Shown piece by piece: positions 12,170 to 25,751 of a DNA stretch of 64,000 bases. The stretch lies in the NCBI RefSeq assembly GCF_009914755.1, contig NC_060932.1. One strand, 5' to 3'. A program made the position numbers and the translations under genes. How positions within the stretch are numbered: position 1 is the first letter of the stretch; every line of letters begins with the position of its first letter. The stretch comes from the human T2T-CHM13v2.0 reference genome, Homo sapiens. The notes under the pieces are model-generated. The model worked only from the letters and a program-made list of their open reading frames with translations, did no database searches and was not told where the DNA came from.

Positions 12170-13130
12170 AGAACCAGAAAGGTCAAATATGAGAGTAAAT
12201 ATAAAATAATCTTAAGTGCTTAGACCAGCAGTATAAATGTCTTGGAGGTTGATAAGATATATTGAAGTACCATATATGAAAATAGCTCAAAGGTAGGGGT
12301 ACAGGTAAAAGAAATTACTGTTTGAAGTTTCTTGTATGGAAAGTTGTAAAATCATTAAGGCAAATTATAAAAAGAAAAAATGCATATTGTAATCTCTAGG
12401 CGACCAATAAATGAATTTTTAAAACATAGTGATAAAATGCTGATAAAAGAGGTAAGTCGTTTTTTTCTTTATCTTAATGAACCCAAAAGAAGGAATGGAA
12501 AAGTAACAATAGGACCAAAGAAAAGATTGTAAAATTGGAAACAAAAAGAAAGGTGGCAGAACTAAGCTCAAATGCATCTGTAATTGGAATAAATGTAAAT
12601 GAATTACACACCTCAATTAAAAGGTGTGTAAATTTTCAAAAGAGTTCTGAAAAAGGCCCAATCTATGCTGTTTACACTTTAGATATAAGGACACAGGAAG
12701 TCCTTACGTCGGAAGAAAAAGTATGGGAAAAGGAATACCTAACGTATTCCTTTAGGTAACGTGAAAACGTTACCTAAACATGGTGTGGCTACATTAATAT
12801 CAGACAAAATAGGTTTAAAGAGGAAAAATATTATTAGAGAAAGTGAATTTCATAATGATTAAGGTCCAATTCATCATAAAGAAATAATAATCCTGAATCT
12901 GTAAGTATTTAATAACATGGGCTTCAAAATAGAAATTGATGGACCTAAGAGGAGTAATTTAAAAATTCTTAACCTGAGTTTGGAGTTTGAACACATCTCT
13001 GTCAGTAACTAACAGAACAACAAAATAAAACATTAGTGAAGCTATGAAATATTTAAACATTTTTTGCTAACCCTTTCTCATTCATATTTATAGAGCACTA
13101 CCCCTTTAATGGGACATAGAACATTTACAA
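12170..13130 (+). mobile_element. Old L1M inter-ORF / ORF2 endonuclease-region relic
   Basis: aaatgtaaatgaattacacacctcaattaaaagg...gtggctacattaatatcagacaaaatagg...ttcataatgattaagg is the decayed N-terminus of ORF2. Confidence 0.7.
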
Positions 13131-13235
13131 AAGAAAAGGAACAGAAGGAAGAGGAGGGAAAAACACTGGAAGAAAGATAAGAAGAAAAAGAGAAAGGAGA
13201 GAAGAAAGAGAAAAGGGGGAAAGCAAGCAGAGAAT
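13130..13235. repeat. Purine-rich (GA) low-complexity tract
   Basis: Nearly pure A/G run. Confidence 0.75.
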
Positions 13236-13608
13236 TAAGTCAGAGGAGTATTAAAAACATTAACTTTATCACTGATAAAATTAGTCTACAGAACATACCT
13301 TGAACTGTGGCTAGAAATAAGCTTCCAAATAATTTATCCCCACAAGTAAATTTACCCTGTGGTCACAATCAGAATACATGGGCAATGGTATATTGTCACC
13401 TTAGAGAGACAGAGATGCCTCAGTGTTGTAGGAAGGAGTGAGGAACACAGTGTGCTCCAGACAAGGTGGTCCACAATAAGGGAGAAAGAATTTGTGTCAC
13501 GTGTATATAAACCAACCACTTTTCCTAGTTTCAGATCGATGGGTAAAAAGAAGCGTGGACCCTTCTCTCCAAAGATACAAACAATAGACATTTGTATTTA
13601 AGAGTCGC

Positions 13609-13834
13609 AGGGTGTGGTGCACTGGCTCATACCTGTATTCCCAGCACTTTGGGAGGCCAAGGTGGGTGAACCACTTGAGCCCAGGAGTTTGAGACCAGCC
13701 TGGGCATCATAGTGAGACCCCATCACTACAAAAAATTAAAAAATAGGTGGGCATGGTGGTGTGTGCCTATAGTCCCAGCCACTCAGGAGGCTGAGGCTGG
13801 ACCTGAACCCAGGAGGTTGAGACTGCATTGAACC
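13609..13834 (+). mobile_element. AluJ, 3'-truncated
   Basis: cacttgagcccaggagtttgagaccagcctgggc (J-type); right arm stops at gactgcattgaacc with no tail. Confidence 0.85.
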
Positions 13835-14031
13835 AGAAACTCATAAAACTCATGAAAAACAAAAGAGTGATTACTACTGATCACATGAAAGAAAGAGTAT
13901 CTGATTTCAAGCATTAGAGTTTGATAGTTCCTCCGCAGATTCCATCAAAGAAGTAATCACTGGAATTAAGAGAGAATCCACTAAGGGCTTGCAACCCTGC
14001 AGTATGTTGGTTTATGAAGCGCTCATATTAT

Positions 14032-14321
14032 GGCAGGATGCGGTGGCTCATGCCTGTAATCCCAGCACTTTGGGAGGCCTAGGTGGGTGGATCACCTAAG
14101 GTTGGGAGTTTGAGACCAGCCTGACCAACATGGAGAAACCCCGTCTCTACTGAAAATACAAAATTAGCCGGGTATGGTGGCACATGCCTGTAATCCCAGC
14201 CACTCGGGAGGCTGAGGCAGGAAAATCACTTGAACCCAGGAGGCAGGGTTGCAGTGAGTTGAGATCGTGCCACTGCACTCCAGCCTGGGCAACAACAGCG
14301 AAAGTCTGTTTCAAAAAAAAA
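14032..14321 (+). mobile_element. AluSp
   Basis: Diagnostic ctgaccaacatggagaaacccc; A tail; TSD AAGCGCTCATATT at 14017-14029 and 14322-14334. Confidence 0.92.
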
Positions 14322-14744
14322 AAGCGCTCATATTCAAACTCCGTTCAGCCATAAACAGGAAAAAGGATTCAGCCAGCTCATGAGCTAAGTGAACAAGTCA
14401 AGTGTGATCTACAAATTTTCTAAAACCTCAACAGCAAATTTGGGGCCCAATAAAATCTCTCCTGTCCCTAAGAGAAGTGAGCATTTATATCTACTTTTTA
14501 AAGCATATAAAGGAGTCATATTGAAAAGCAGACATAAAAATGCTTTAACATAAAATAAAAAGAAACTTAAAATAAAATGTCAGCTTGCTCTCCTGTGAGA
14601 AGATGCAAAAGACATGCTAATAGACAAGAACAGAAAAGCATGTAGAGGAATAAAGCTTGTTTATTATTTTTTTAAGTGAAAATAACAGTTAAAGTCGCAA
14701 GATAGCCTAAAGTATTTTTATGGCAATTTATAAATTCAATTCCC

Positions 14745-14910
14745 CCTACAGCTCTATGAAACTGTTATTACTCCTCTCCCAGTTTTGCAGATATGAAAAC
14801 TGAGAAACAAAAGATTTAGGTAACTTGTCCTTAATTGTACAAAAGTGAATTCGTAGAACTGGGATTTGAACCAAGAGATTCTGGCTCCAGAAGCCTCATA
14901 CTGAACACCA
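14745..14910 (-). mobile_element. MIR SINE
   Basis: ccagttttgcagatatgaaaactgag...ggtaacttgtcc...gaactgggatttgaacca...ctggctccaga. Confidence 0.8.
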
Positions 14911-15077
14911 GAGCACTGTTTCCATCAGGGAAATACAAACACAAATAGACATAATTATGGAGTTGAGGTTCATGAAAGATTTCCAAGAAACTAAAATGTC
15001 CAAAGCAAAATTAAAATTCACAGTAGAGTTAGTTTAAAACTGAAACTCCATACAATTAAGGAACCAGTAACCTTTTT

Positions 15078-15190
15078 CAGCGTTTACTAAGTGTCAAGCA
15101 TTGTTCTATTTGCTTTGATTCATTAATTTATATGATCCTCCCAATAGCAATAGTAGATATTACTATTATCCTTATTTTATATAGAGGATC
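15078..15190 (-). mobile_element. MIR fragment
   Basis: agcgtttactaagtgtcaagcattgttcta...tattactattatccttattttatatagagga. Confidence 0.6.
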
Positions 15191-18084
15191 ACCATGTTAT
15201 GCATAAATACGATGTAAATATTATTGAATTTCTGGAACGTGACAGATAAGATTTTCTCATTTCATGATCATGAATTGGATTTGCTTAATTTTCTCAAAAT
15301 ATTGTTTTATATTTCAATTATATTTCTAGCTTTTTAGCTTATTTTCACATTATTTTGCCCTATTACTCCAAATCACAGTCTCAAGAAAAACATATGTATA
15401 GAATATATTTATAAATGGAATATTCTTTAAAATCAAACTATTCTGACATTTCTTCAAAAATGGAGGGGAGGTTCATGGTTGCAACATCAATTTCACATCC
15501 TGTAAAAATTGAGTAAGTTATTGAATTCAATCTAAGCAAGGTTGAAACAATCACTCGTTTTTGGTACAAGAAACACTGTTTTGTGATTTTTCTAAGAAGA
15601 GTTAACTACTCTTTAGCATAATAAATAAATGTATGAATAATTGGTGGCCAAATTTCCTGTGATTTAGGATCCATTTATCAGGAGACCAAGGCTACAGTGA
15701 GTATATTTCTAAAGGTATTTTCCATCCAAATCCCTCCAAATAATTTGCTCAAGTATTTTTTTTTTTTGAGGGGGGAACGGGGGGATTTATTTGATTATTC
15801 TCTAAAAACTTACTTTTATTTTGAGACTGTGATTATTGGAAAATTCCAACAAATATGCAATTTGTACAAAAGTAGGTAATTCATTCCCTTAAATGGAAAG
15901 CTATAAAAAATTACAAATATTTATTATGAGATAACCAACTCCAGACAGGGGAACCCAAGAAAATATTCTGATGTTTCCAAGGAAAGCCATGTTTGAAAAC
16001 CAGAAGCTTTAGCTCCCTTATTCAAAGACACTATCCTGAAAAGTATATGTTTAATCCTACATTGTTTATTTTTTCAGTAAATGATCTACATTTTTGTCAA
16101 AATACGGTTAAGAAATGTGCATTTATTATATGTCTGTCTGTCAATAAAGATTGTCTATTTCAAAACAAAGCCAAAATTGAAAATGATGTGTAGCTTACTC
16201 TGTTTCAGGCATTTGTCTGAATAGTTTCCTAATATTTATCCCTTTTATTTAGCAAAACTCTTTTGAAAATTAGGAGTATATCTATTGTTACAGACAATAC
16301 AAAAGCAAGTTAACTTGCTTAAAATTCATATAGATAAATGACAAAACATAGTGTTCTTTGTACCTATTTGTGTATTCATTACTTCCTTTACTACTTGATT
16401 AAAATGTCCACATTGGGTCCTGTTTAGCTGTCTCTCTGGCATGCAGAGGATTAGAATGAATCTCAACCAAAGCAGATTTCTGATCATAAAAACCATATGT
16501 AGCTTTGGCCTTAATTAAATTAATTATAAACAATTTCATTTTCCTTTTCAGGACAAGATAGTTATGGAGTAATCCTCACAACTGCTATCTCAATAATTGA
16601 TTAACATGAGGAATTTTTTTCTAATCCACATTCTATTGTTTGCCACTTAAGAGTGCTGTGTTCACATATAAACATGAAATACCTCCTTCACTGGCCATAG
16701 AAATGACATTGTAACCACACCTGAAGGAAGTATTCTTTTTTCCATGTGAAATCCTACCTCAAATATTAATTAATGTTGATGCATTCTTCACTTTTATTTT
16801 GCCACTAATTTATACTTTAGCTTTTTGAAAGTCTTGAATAGAAATTTTGTTGTTGTTTTGCCTTATGCATTAGGTTTTATTTCCACTAAAGTTCTATTAA
16901 CAGGAGGCAAGCCACTGAATGGCTTTAGAAGTAGCTTTGTGAAAGCTAACTTTTCAGCTGAGAGAAATCTCCCTGGGGATATTACAGAGACACAGAAACT
17001 TTAATAGTATTTTGTTTTCCTCAGCACATCCCCAGATTTTAACGTGTCTGAATTTAATGCATTAGAAACAAGCATATGTGGTCTTAAGCTAAAATCTCTT
17101 CTTGTATCTAGAAAATCTATCACAAAAATACTAGCTACTGAATATATTTATATATAAAGAGAAAATACTAAAACAATGAACAAAGGACACAATTACAGTA
17201 TAATCTGCAAAGCAGAGGCTCTTGCTCCTTGAGGGCAAGTAATAGCTCATAGATATTTCCCAACATCTATCTTCCCCCCTTAGTTTGCCTTTGCAGATCA
17301 GATGCTATCTGACCACACATGGTCTGTTCAAAATGATAAACAGTATTACTCAATGTATCTTCTCTGAAATGCTAATGCGTTGTCAAAATGCTATAATAGC
17401 CCCTATTACATCTATTTATGAAAATAGACCATTCAAGGAAAAGTTAATTTAAATCATCTTGTACTCTAAAATGTCAGTAACAGTAATCATGAATGGTCAG
17501 CAACAACAATTTATGCTGTAAATGTTTTTAGACTTTTTCTCTACCAAACCAGTTCACTACAGCAATGCTTATGTAAATTATACATTCTCTGGAAGTTTCT
17601 ATAATACAGATTGAAAAAAATGCTATGTTTTAAAATTTTCTTTTCGGTGCTATTAGACTTTAAGTAAATCCTCAAAATGGGGTGTAATTTGGGAGCAGAT
17701 ATAAATCAGCACACATAAATAATATGCTTAATTTGCTATACCATTTGATATTAAAAACATCCTACTTAGCTGGTGAGGGAATAAAATGTATTATTTTTAA
17801 TTTAACCTCTTTTTTGATGCAGAAATGCACCTAAAGTTTCTGCTTTTGAGCATATATTAATTGAATTCTAACTACATAATATATGTAAGACACTTTTAAA
17901 ACATAGAAAATATAACAGTCCATATTTCTCTACTCAAGTCACTCAGTCTTTTGAGGGTGACAGTATAACCACATACAACATAAGACACATTTGATGTACT
18001 GTATTATGAGAACCATACAACTTTCATGCAAGATAGCTGACTGAGCACATACAAGGTCCTGTCCTCCATTTTCAATTTAAATAA

Positions 18085-18495
18085 TTTAGTGATATATTCA
18101 TACAATGGGCTACTACATTGCAGTTTTAAAAAGAAAGATAAAAACTATTGATAGATGCACCAGAAAGGATGAAGCTTACAAGCATTATGTTGAGTGGAAG
18201 AAGCTACTCACCAAAAAATGACACAAACTATGATTTCACATATACAAAATTCATGAACAGACAAAACTTGTCTATAGTAATAAAAGTCAGAATAGAGGTT
18301 ACCTCATTGGTGGGAGTGAAGAAAGGTAGTTAATGACATGGAAGTAGCAGAACAGAACATAAGAGGGTGATGGAGTTATATAAGCTTATGTATGTGTAAA
18401 AATGCCCTGAGGTTTAAATTAATGACTTGCGTATTTACAACCAGTATACTTTCTTCCCTTTACTATATGTATATGTGTTAAGCTTCAATTAATGG
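18085..18495 (+). mobile_element. Old L1 3' end (L1ME-class)
   Basis: atattcatacaatgg...attatgttgagtggaagaagc...aaaagtcagaatagaggttacct. Confidence 0.75.
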
Positions 18496-19149
18496 GTTAA
18501 GAAAAGTAAAGTTTTATGTAATACAATAAAGCTGTGATGGAAGAGTGTGTTAGCCTAAATCAAACTACTTTATATGTGAACAGGTTTCTGCAAGACATAA
18601 AGAGGATACAATTGAGTTCATGAATAAATTAGAGCAGAGGAAGTTGCCATCCAGAATATGCACAAAATAAATGTATGCTATACCTGAAACGGAAGCTATT
18701 CAAGACAGAGTTCTAACTGTAAGTTAGTTCTAAGTTATGTTTTTCTAATGGAAAAATCAGTCAAACTTCAGTCCTTCTTCCTGTATTTTTCTCCCTGACA
18801 GAGCCGGGGCTCTGTCCTCAGGGGAAAAAAAAAAAAAAAATGGAGGGATATAGACAATAAAAGATCCAATTTCTTATATTTTGACTTTCAAAAGTGATGA
18901 TTCAGAAATAAGAAAAGGTCTCCAAGAATGCTTGACTTATCACAAGTAATGTTCTCTTGCCCAGAATATATGAAAGAGAAGTAGAGAGTAGAAAGGAAAG
19001 GAAAGAGAACTGAAATTGGTATTTTAAAAAGCGTTGAAAAAATATTCCTTTAACAATACAAAAATAGTTTTCAATGAAATACCTGAACATTCAGAGTCTA
19101 GGATATTTAAATATCAAGCATGAAATTATTCTATAGATATAGCCTAGAA

Positions 19150-19333
19150 TAAGACTGTCCAATAGACCCTTCTATAATGATGGAACAGCCCTACATCTGT
19201 GCTGTCCAGTAGGGTACCCCTTAGCCACATTGGCTATAAAGCATTTTAAAACTGATTTTATAACTAATTTTAATTAAGTTAATGTAAATTTAAATAGTTA
19301 CCTATGACTAAGGGCTATTGTTTTGGACAGTGA
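19150..19333. mobile_element. MER3/MER33-like hAT-Charlie MITE
   Basis: ctgtccaataga...tgtgctgtcc...agccaca...aatttaaatag...ttggacagtg; termini ctgtccaa/ttggacag are complementary. Confidence 0.75.
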
Positions 19334-19339
19334 AGGAAT

Positions 19340-20100
19340 AGAAAATAAATCTGAGATCTAGAATATAGAATGAGATCAAAATATAAAATATATGAAAGAA
19401 ACAAGAAACAGAAAGGATGTATTGAATACTTTCAGTATTTATCTAATGAGAGTTACATAAAGTGAAAGTGAGAAAATGTATAAGAGAAAATAAAGCATAA
19501 AATGAACCAGAAAAGAAAAGAGAGACACTGGTTATCAATCAGTGATAGCCCTTAAATAGAAGTTCTTAACCAAAAAAAAGGCGGGGCTCATACTTTCATA
19601 TGTTTCTTAAAATTTATTTTGAAATTTAAAATTTACAGCTTTATTGTATTGTATAAAACTTTACTTTTCTTAACCCCTTAATTGAAGCTTAACACATATA
19701 CATATAGTAAAGGGAAGAAAGTATACTGGTTGTAAATACACAAGTCATTAATTTAAACCTCAGGGCATTTTTACACATACGCAAGCATGCCTAAAATTTC
19801 CAAGAAAAAAAATCAAATTGACTACAATTGAATGAACATAAGACCACTGCCGTATTTCTCAGCTGTAACACTTTCTCCTAGAACAACAAGCAGCAATGGA
19901 TTCAAACAAATGACAGAAAACAAACAAGCCAAAAACCAACAACAACAAAACAAAAAGCATTCTGAATTCTATATACCCAGACATATTATAAATGAATCAT
20001 AGGCATAATAAAGAATTTTCCAAACAAGCAAGAACTCAAAGTTGACCTCCTATGAACTCCTTTTGAAATAATTACCTCAGAACATATTCTAACAGGCTTT
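19340..20100 (+). mobile_element. Very old L1/HAL1 ORF1-region relic
   Basis: A-rich ORF1-like sequence with ttctgaattctatatacccag...ttttccaaacaagcaagaactcaaa...cctcctatgaactcctttt. Confidence 0.45.
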
Positions 20101-20489
20101 GGAAGGGATATGGAAAGGAAGAGGCTATAAGGCTACTCTTCAATCATTTCATTACCATATCTGGAGGACAATTTTGAGAAAGAAAGAAGGCAGATGATCT
20201 GGTCACATTGTATTGTAAACGTGTAAACAAGAGACTTTATGGTAAATAAACCAATGGTACTTACTAGGAGAAAAATCCTAATCTCAGAAATCTTTTGACT
20301 AAAATGTTTCTAGTTAGTATTGTTTATGGTAAAGAAACCTACAGTCTGTGGATTTATAAGAAATGGCTCCCTGGAAAATATCACATATATTTTCTAACTC
20401 CATGGATATAAAATGAAACAATTAAAATACTTGTTACTTAAAACAGATGATAAAGAGATTTAGGGTTTGTTACTAACTTAAAAAAGTTA

Positions 20490-22215
20490 TTGCATACGGA
20501 TGTGAAATTATTCCAGCACAATTTTTGAAAAGACTATCACTTGTTCCATTTATTTGCCTCTGCACTTTGGCAAATGTCAATTACTGTATACGTGTGAGTC
20601 TGTTTCTGGACTCTCATTTCAGTTACACTCTATATGCCTATTCATTGGCCAATTCCATACTGAGTTACTATCTCTAGCTTTATAAAAAGTCTTGAAATAA
20701 GGCAGCATGTGAATGTCAAGTTTGTTTTTCTAGGCAAAACAATTTTGGTTATTCTTGTTCATTTGCCATTCCACATAAATTTTATAATCTCTTGTGCATT
20801 TCTATGACAAATATTGCCATGACATTGATTTGGATTGTATTTACTGATTTGATCAACTTGGAATTTGGACATATTTGGCATCTTAACACTACTGAGTCTT
20901 TCAATACATGAATATAATATGCCTCTCCATTTATTTCAGCCTTTTTGATTTCTTTCTTCACTGTTTTGTAGCCTTTACCATACACATCTTTTAAATATTT
21001 TATTACATTTATACCTAAGTAGCTCATCTTTTTCCACCATCAATGGTGGTATTCCCATTTCTTACTGTTCATTGTCAGTACCTAAAAATACCATTAAATT
21101 TTTAAATTGTGATCTTGTATCTTCAGTAACTTTGTTTTGTACATTCTTTGAAATCTTCTTCAAATACAATCATGTTGAAAGTGAATAACTACAATTGCAC
21201 ATATTTTTTTTTCTATTTGTATGCCTAGTTCTTTTTCTTATTACACTGCCTAGAACCTCCAGTATAATGTTAAATGTGGGTGGTAAGAACATTTTTCTTT
21301 TGCCTTAGAGTGAGGGTTCAGTCTTTTATCAGTAAGTATGATGTTTGCTGTAGGTTTTCTGTAGCTGTTTCTTATCATGTTGGGTAAATTCCATTCTACC
21401 TAAAATTTAGAGTTTATCATGAATGAATATTGAATTTTGTAAAATTATTTTTCTGTATCTATAGAGAATATAATTTTTTTCTATATCTATAGAGAATATA
21501 ATGTATGTAGGGTCTGCAACAATGTCCTCTTTTTAATTTGTGATATAATAATTTGTGTCTTCTTCCTTGTTGGTGAGTCTCATCATAGGCTTTCACTGAT
21601 TTTTCTCTGCTGCTCCATTTCCAATTTTATTTATGTTCTTTATTATTACTTTGCAGTTACTTACTTTGGTTTAATTTACTTTTTTCAAGTTTCTTAAGGA
21701 GGAATTTTAAATCACTGATTTAAGACTTTTTTCATATAAACATGAAATGCTATACATTTCTCTTTAAATTGTGCTTTATTTGCATCCCGCAAATTTTGCA
21801 TGAGAGAGAGATTATTTTCTTTTATTCAATTCAAATTATTTTCAGATGTCCCCTATGATTTTCTCTTTGACCTGTGAGTTATTAGGTTGGTAAAAAAAAA
21901 ATTGTGGTTTTTGCCATTTAAAGTGATATTTAGATGTGTGTTCATCAGTAAAAATATTCGGCAATTATTCCAGATACCTGTTTGTGATTTCTATTTTAAT
22001 TCCATTATGATCAAAGAATATACTATGTACATGTTTTTAAATGTATTGAGGTTTGAATTATGGCCAGAACCACGATATATAGACTATACTATATGTTCTA
22101 CATGCACTTGAAAATTATGTATATTCTGCTTATATTTAGTGTTCAATAAAAGTCGATTTGGTTGGTGAAGGCTTTGATAATACTGTTCACATCTGCGAAT
22201 TCATTATTGATTTCT
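20490..22215 (-). mobile_element. Old L1M ORF2 relic with internal deletions
   Basis: ORF 20782-21027 (YLGINVIKYLKDVYGKGYKTVKKEIK) is homologous to the ORF2 KYLGINL...DLY..NYKTL.KEIK segment. Confidence 0.8.
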
Positions 22216-22244
22216 AGTCAATCAATTACTATCCAATCAATTAC

Positions 22245-23920
22245 TTTGGGTTCTCTGAAGTTATTATATCTATAGTTTGATAAATTATTCTTTAAAATTT
22301 TGTAACCACTATCTCTTCAAATATTTCTTCTGCCTCACATTCTCTCTCTGTTTTCTCTAGGATTTCAATGACACATATATCACACTAATGATATTTTCTT
22401 ACGGCATTTGAGTGTTTTGTTTCCTTTTTTCTTCACTCTTTTATCATTTGACAGTTTAGGTAATTACTATTAACTGACTTTCACATCCTCTATCACTTTG
22501 CTTAGCTGTGTCAAGTCTACTGGTGAGCCCACCCAAGGCATTCTTCATATTTCTTATCGAGGTTCTCATTTCTGGCACTTTCCTGGGGCTCTTTCTTGTC
22601 ATTTTCATTTCTCTGCTGAAATCTTTATCTATCCATGCATGTTGTACATCTTTGTTTACAACCTTTAACCTATTAACCATAGTTATTTTCAATTACCTGT
22701 CTGATTGTTGCAACATCTGGATCATCTCTAAGTCTTGTTCAGTTCATTACTTTGTCTCTTGACAGTAAGGGTTGTGTGTTTTGTTTTTAATTTGATTTTT
22801 GTGTCTGTTAATTTTTTTATTAATTTCCAGACATAGTGTTCAGAGTGGTAGAGACTGATAAAAGTAGTATTTATGTGTTAGGTAAATGTCATTTGTCTTC
22901 TGCTAGGCTATTATTGTGGGAAGGTGAGTAAATTTATCTCAAGAGTTGAGCCCAATTTTCAGTTTTGTTCACCACTGTCTTTAAATTCCTGTTTGTTCTT
23001 AGGTTGGAGATAGTTTGCTGGTGGGTTTTCACGATGTTTCTGCTCCACTCATTAGGGCTTCCCTGTGCCACTGCCCCTCACAGGGAAATTCTCTAGTCAT
23101 CTCCAGTGTTAATCTGTTGCTTCTGTCTTGGAGGTTGAGGCGTTACGGTTGTGGACGAGGTTCTCTGTCATCCTGATTCAGCCTCAGTTTAAGCAGTCAT
23201 TGTCTCCCTGAGTCTTAGAATATGGATTTTCTCAGTGAGCTTCTTCCAACTCAATGGAAGGAGACCTTTACTGGTCTGGGCTCTTCTGAGCACATTTCTT
23301 GCTTCGACCTATGGATAAAGTATTTCCTTTTTTTTTTTTTTTTTCCTTCCCCTACCTACAATGGAGACATCTTCTCCTTGCACTGGGCCAAGAGCTTTCT
23401 GCTATTCCCCAGCATCTTAAAAGTCTTTTTTCCTTATGTGAGAAGAAACCAAAGATGGGTTCCTGTGTTTCCTACAGCAGTGGATGCACCTCTTCTTCAG
23501 GCTGCATCTCCAAAGTAGTCTATATTAGTACCTGCCCTGCCAATAAACTTTTTTCATCAGCACATAGTGAAGTCTATGGAGAAAAGCCTGCAACTGGCTG
23601 TCTTCATAGCTTCCATACTCTCACAGTATCAGAGAAGCAGTCTTTGAAAATTAATTAAAAGTCACTGTGACTTCTTTTTATTCACTTGTATGGTGGCCTT
23701 CTCTTACTCTTATGCTCTTACACAGGTGAATCCATGCTTGTTCTCTATCTGTCCGCAGAGGCACCTGTCTTTCCTCAGATGCCAGGCTACTTGTTGTCCT
23801 GCAGCATTAGCTCTCCAATAGGTTCCAGAAAAATTAGGATTTTGAGGACCATCTATCTTTCTCTTGCTAGAAGGCAGATGGGTACTCCTTCTAGATGTCT
23901 ACATTCTTAGGCAGAAGTCA
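22245..23920 (-). mobile_element. Old L1M ORF1 and 5' region relic
   Basis: ORF 22456-22692 (...EMRTSIRNMKNALGGLTSRLDTAKQ) matches the ORF1p coiled-coil MKNAFDGLISRLDTAEE motif; contiguous with the ORF2 relic. Confidence 0.65.
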
Positions 23921-25354
23921 GAAGACCTGGGATTTGTGTTGTTATTGTGGGCAGGTATTAAAGTCAATCACTTTAATTTTTCCAGTAAGCTTCCAGATAT
24001 GTCCACACAAGAAACCATGCAGATACGTTCTTCATTGTTCATTCATTTAGGGCCCATTTCCCCAGATCATACAGCAGGACCTTTGGTTAAAGTGCAAGAG
24101 TCTGTAAATATCCAAACACTCGCCTGTGAAAGTCTAACAAGCCTCCCTCTGCTAATTCCACTGCTATTGCCCTTGTGCAAACCCGAACTTGCTTTCTTCT
24201 TCAAGGCTTTACAAAACGGCCCTGTGGCCCTTATTCTGTATTCTCACTCTAGAGGATCCTTTCAGTGGACTAAGAAGCCACCTTTTCCATGACTGGGAGA
24301 GAATGGTAAGACCCAGACTACACAGTATCCTTAGTGGGCTCTATTTTTGGTTCTATAGTCAGCGAAGCAACTGCTAATATAAACTGTAGGCTCCCCTGAA
24401 GTTACCCTCTTAGCATCTTTCTAATATACTGTCTCTACCTTGTGAACAAGCTTTGCTATGCTGCACTCCTCCTATCTGAATGTCTCTCTGATATCACCCA
24501 TGGCGCAATCAGTATTTCTGTCCTCAGAATTTTCTGATGCCCTTCAGTAGTGGGAGTGGTTTGAACCAACCCTCAGTAACAATCTCACTTTTCTCTCCTG
24601 AGTTGTATATGCTAAACAACTCAGCAGTTTTAGCCAAACTTCAAGAGAACTCACTGAATAGCCCTATTCAATTTCTGCAAATTCCTGCAATCTGCATATG
24701 TACTGGTTACAACAACTTCAAATATTATCTGAGTAGATGGATCGTAAGTGTCCAGTGAAAATATCTGTGCCAACACCCTTGGTATATCTTTAACACTTGT
24801 TTCTGCAAAAGCCCCACTCAAATTCAGATTTATTTTTAGTGACATTACGGTTCAGGCCAACAGGATTAATAGATAAATATGATTCAACCAAAACCCCAAA
24901 AGCCCTGCCAGTCTCTAAGTTTCCTGCCTATTTCCAGTATATGAGAGAACCAGTAATTTATTTCTCAAAGTAGAAGAACTATCTCTGGTTTCTCCTGTCT
25001 ATATACATTCTTCAGAATTTCATGGGTTGGAATAAATAAATTAAATTTTATTTAATTTAATAAATCCCGCTTAAATTTTAGCAGGATTTATCAGCCAGCC
25101 TCTGTTTTTCATTTAGGTGCCTCTCTTCTTTAGCTCAACCTGATCTTTCTCTGAAGAGGCAATTCTCATACTGTCAGTGTAGTAAACTGACTTTCTATCA
25201 GTGATTTTTAACTCCAAATCCTTCATGAGAATATGGCAAAATGCTAGTAAATTTTAAAATCCCCATATCAATGCATGAAATAAATACTGATTCACTTTCT
25301 ACAAGAATGCAAATTGTTACTGGCTGGGTTCCCAAATTGGAATGGCTATAATAG

Positions 25355-25751
25355 TGCTAAATTAAATTAAATTTGGCCTGAAGCAACCTTCATACATTGA
25401 ATCCCTAAGAATGAACTGCAACCTAAGAGTTTATTTTTGTAAGAAATAGTTGAGTCTCAGCCAATCACAGCCACTAAGCTCCAAACAAACACAGGCTGCC
25501 AACTGATCAGACCATGTCCATATAGGGCCAATGCCTCATCACAAGACGCAAATTAGGCAAACACTCAACTGTAACCAATAAAGCTGTTTCTGTATGTTAC
25601 TTCCTTTTCCTGTCTATAAAAACTGCTTGCCACATGGCTGGACGAAGTTCCCTGAACCTCCCCTGGTTCTGAGTGCTGTCCAATTTGTGAATCATTCTCT
25701 GCTCAAATAAAGTCTACTAAATTTAATTTGTCTATAAAGTTTTTCTTAAAG
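25355..25751 (+). mobile_element. ERV1 solo LTR, MER57 family
   Basis: tgctaaattaaattaaatttggcctgaag...agccaatcacagc...tgtaaccaat...tataaa...ctcaaataaa...aaagtttttctt; TSD ATAG at 25351-25354 and 25752-25755. Confidence 0.85.
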
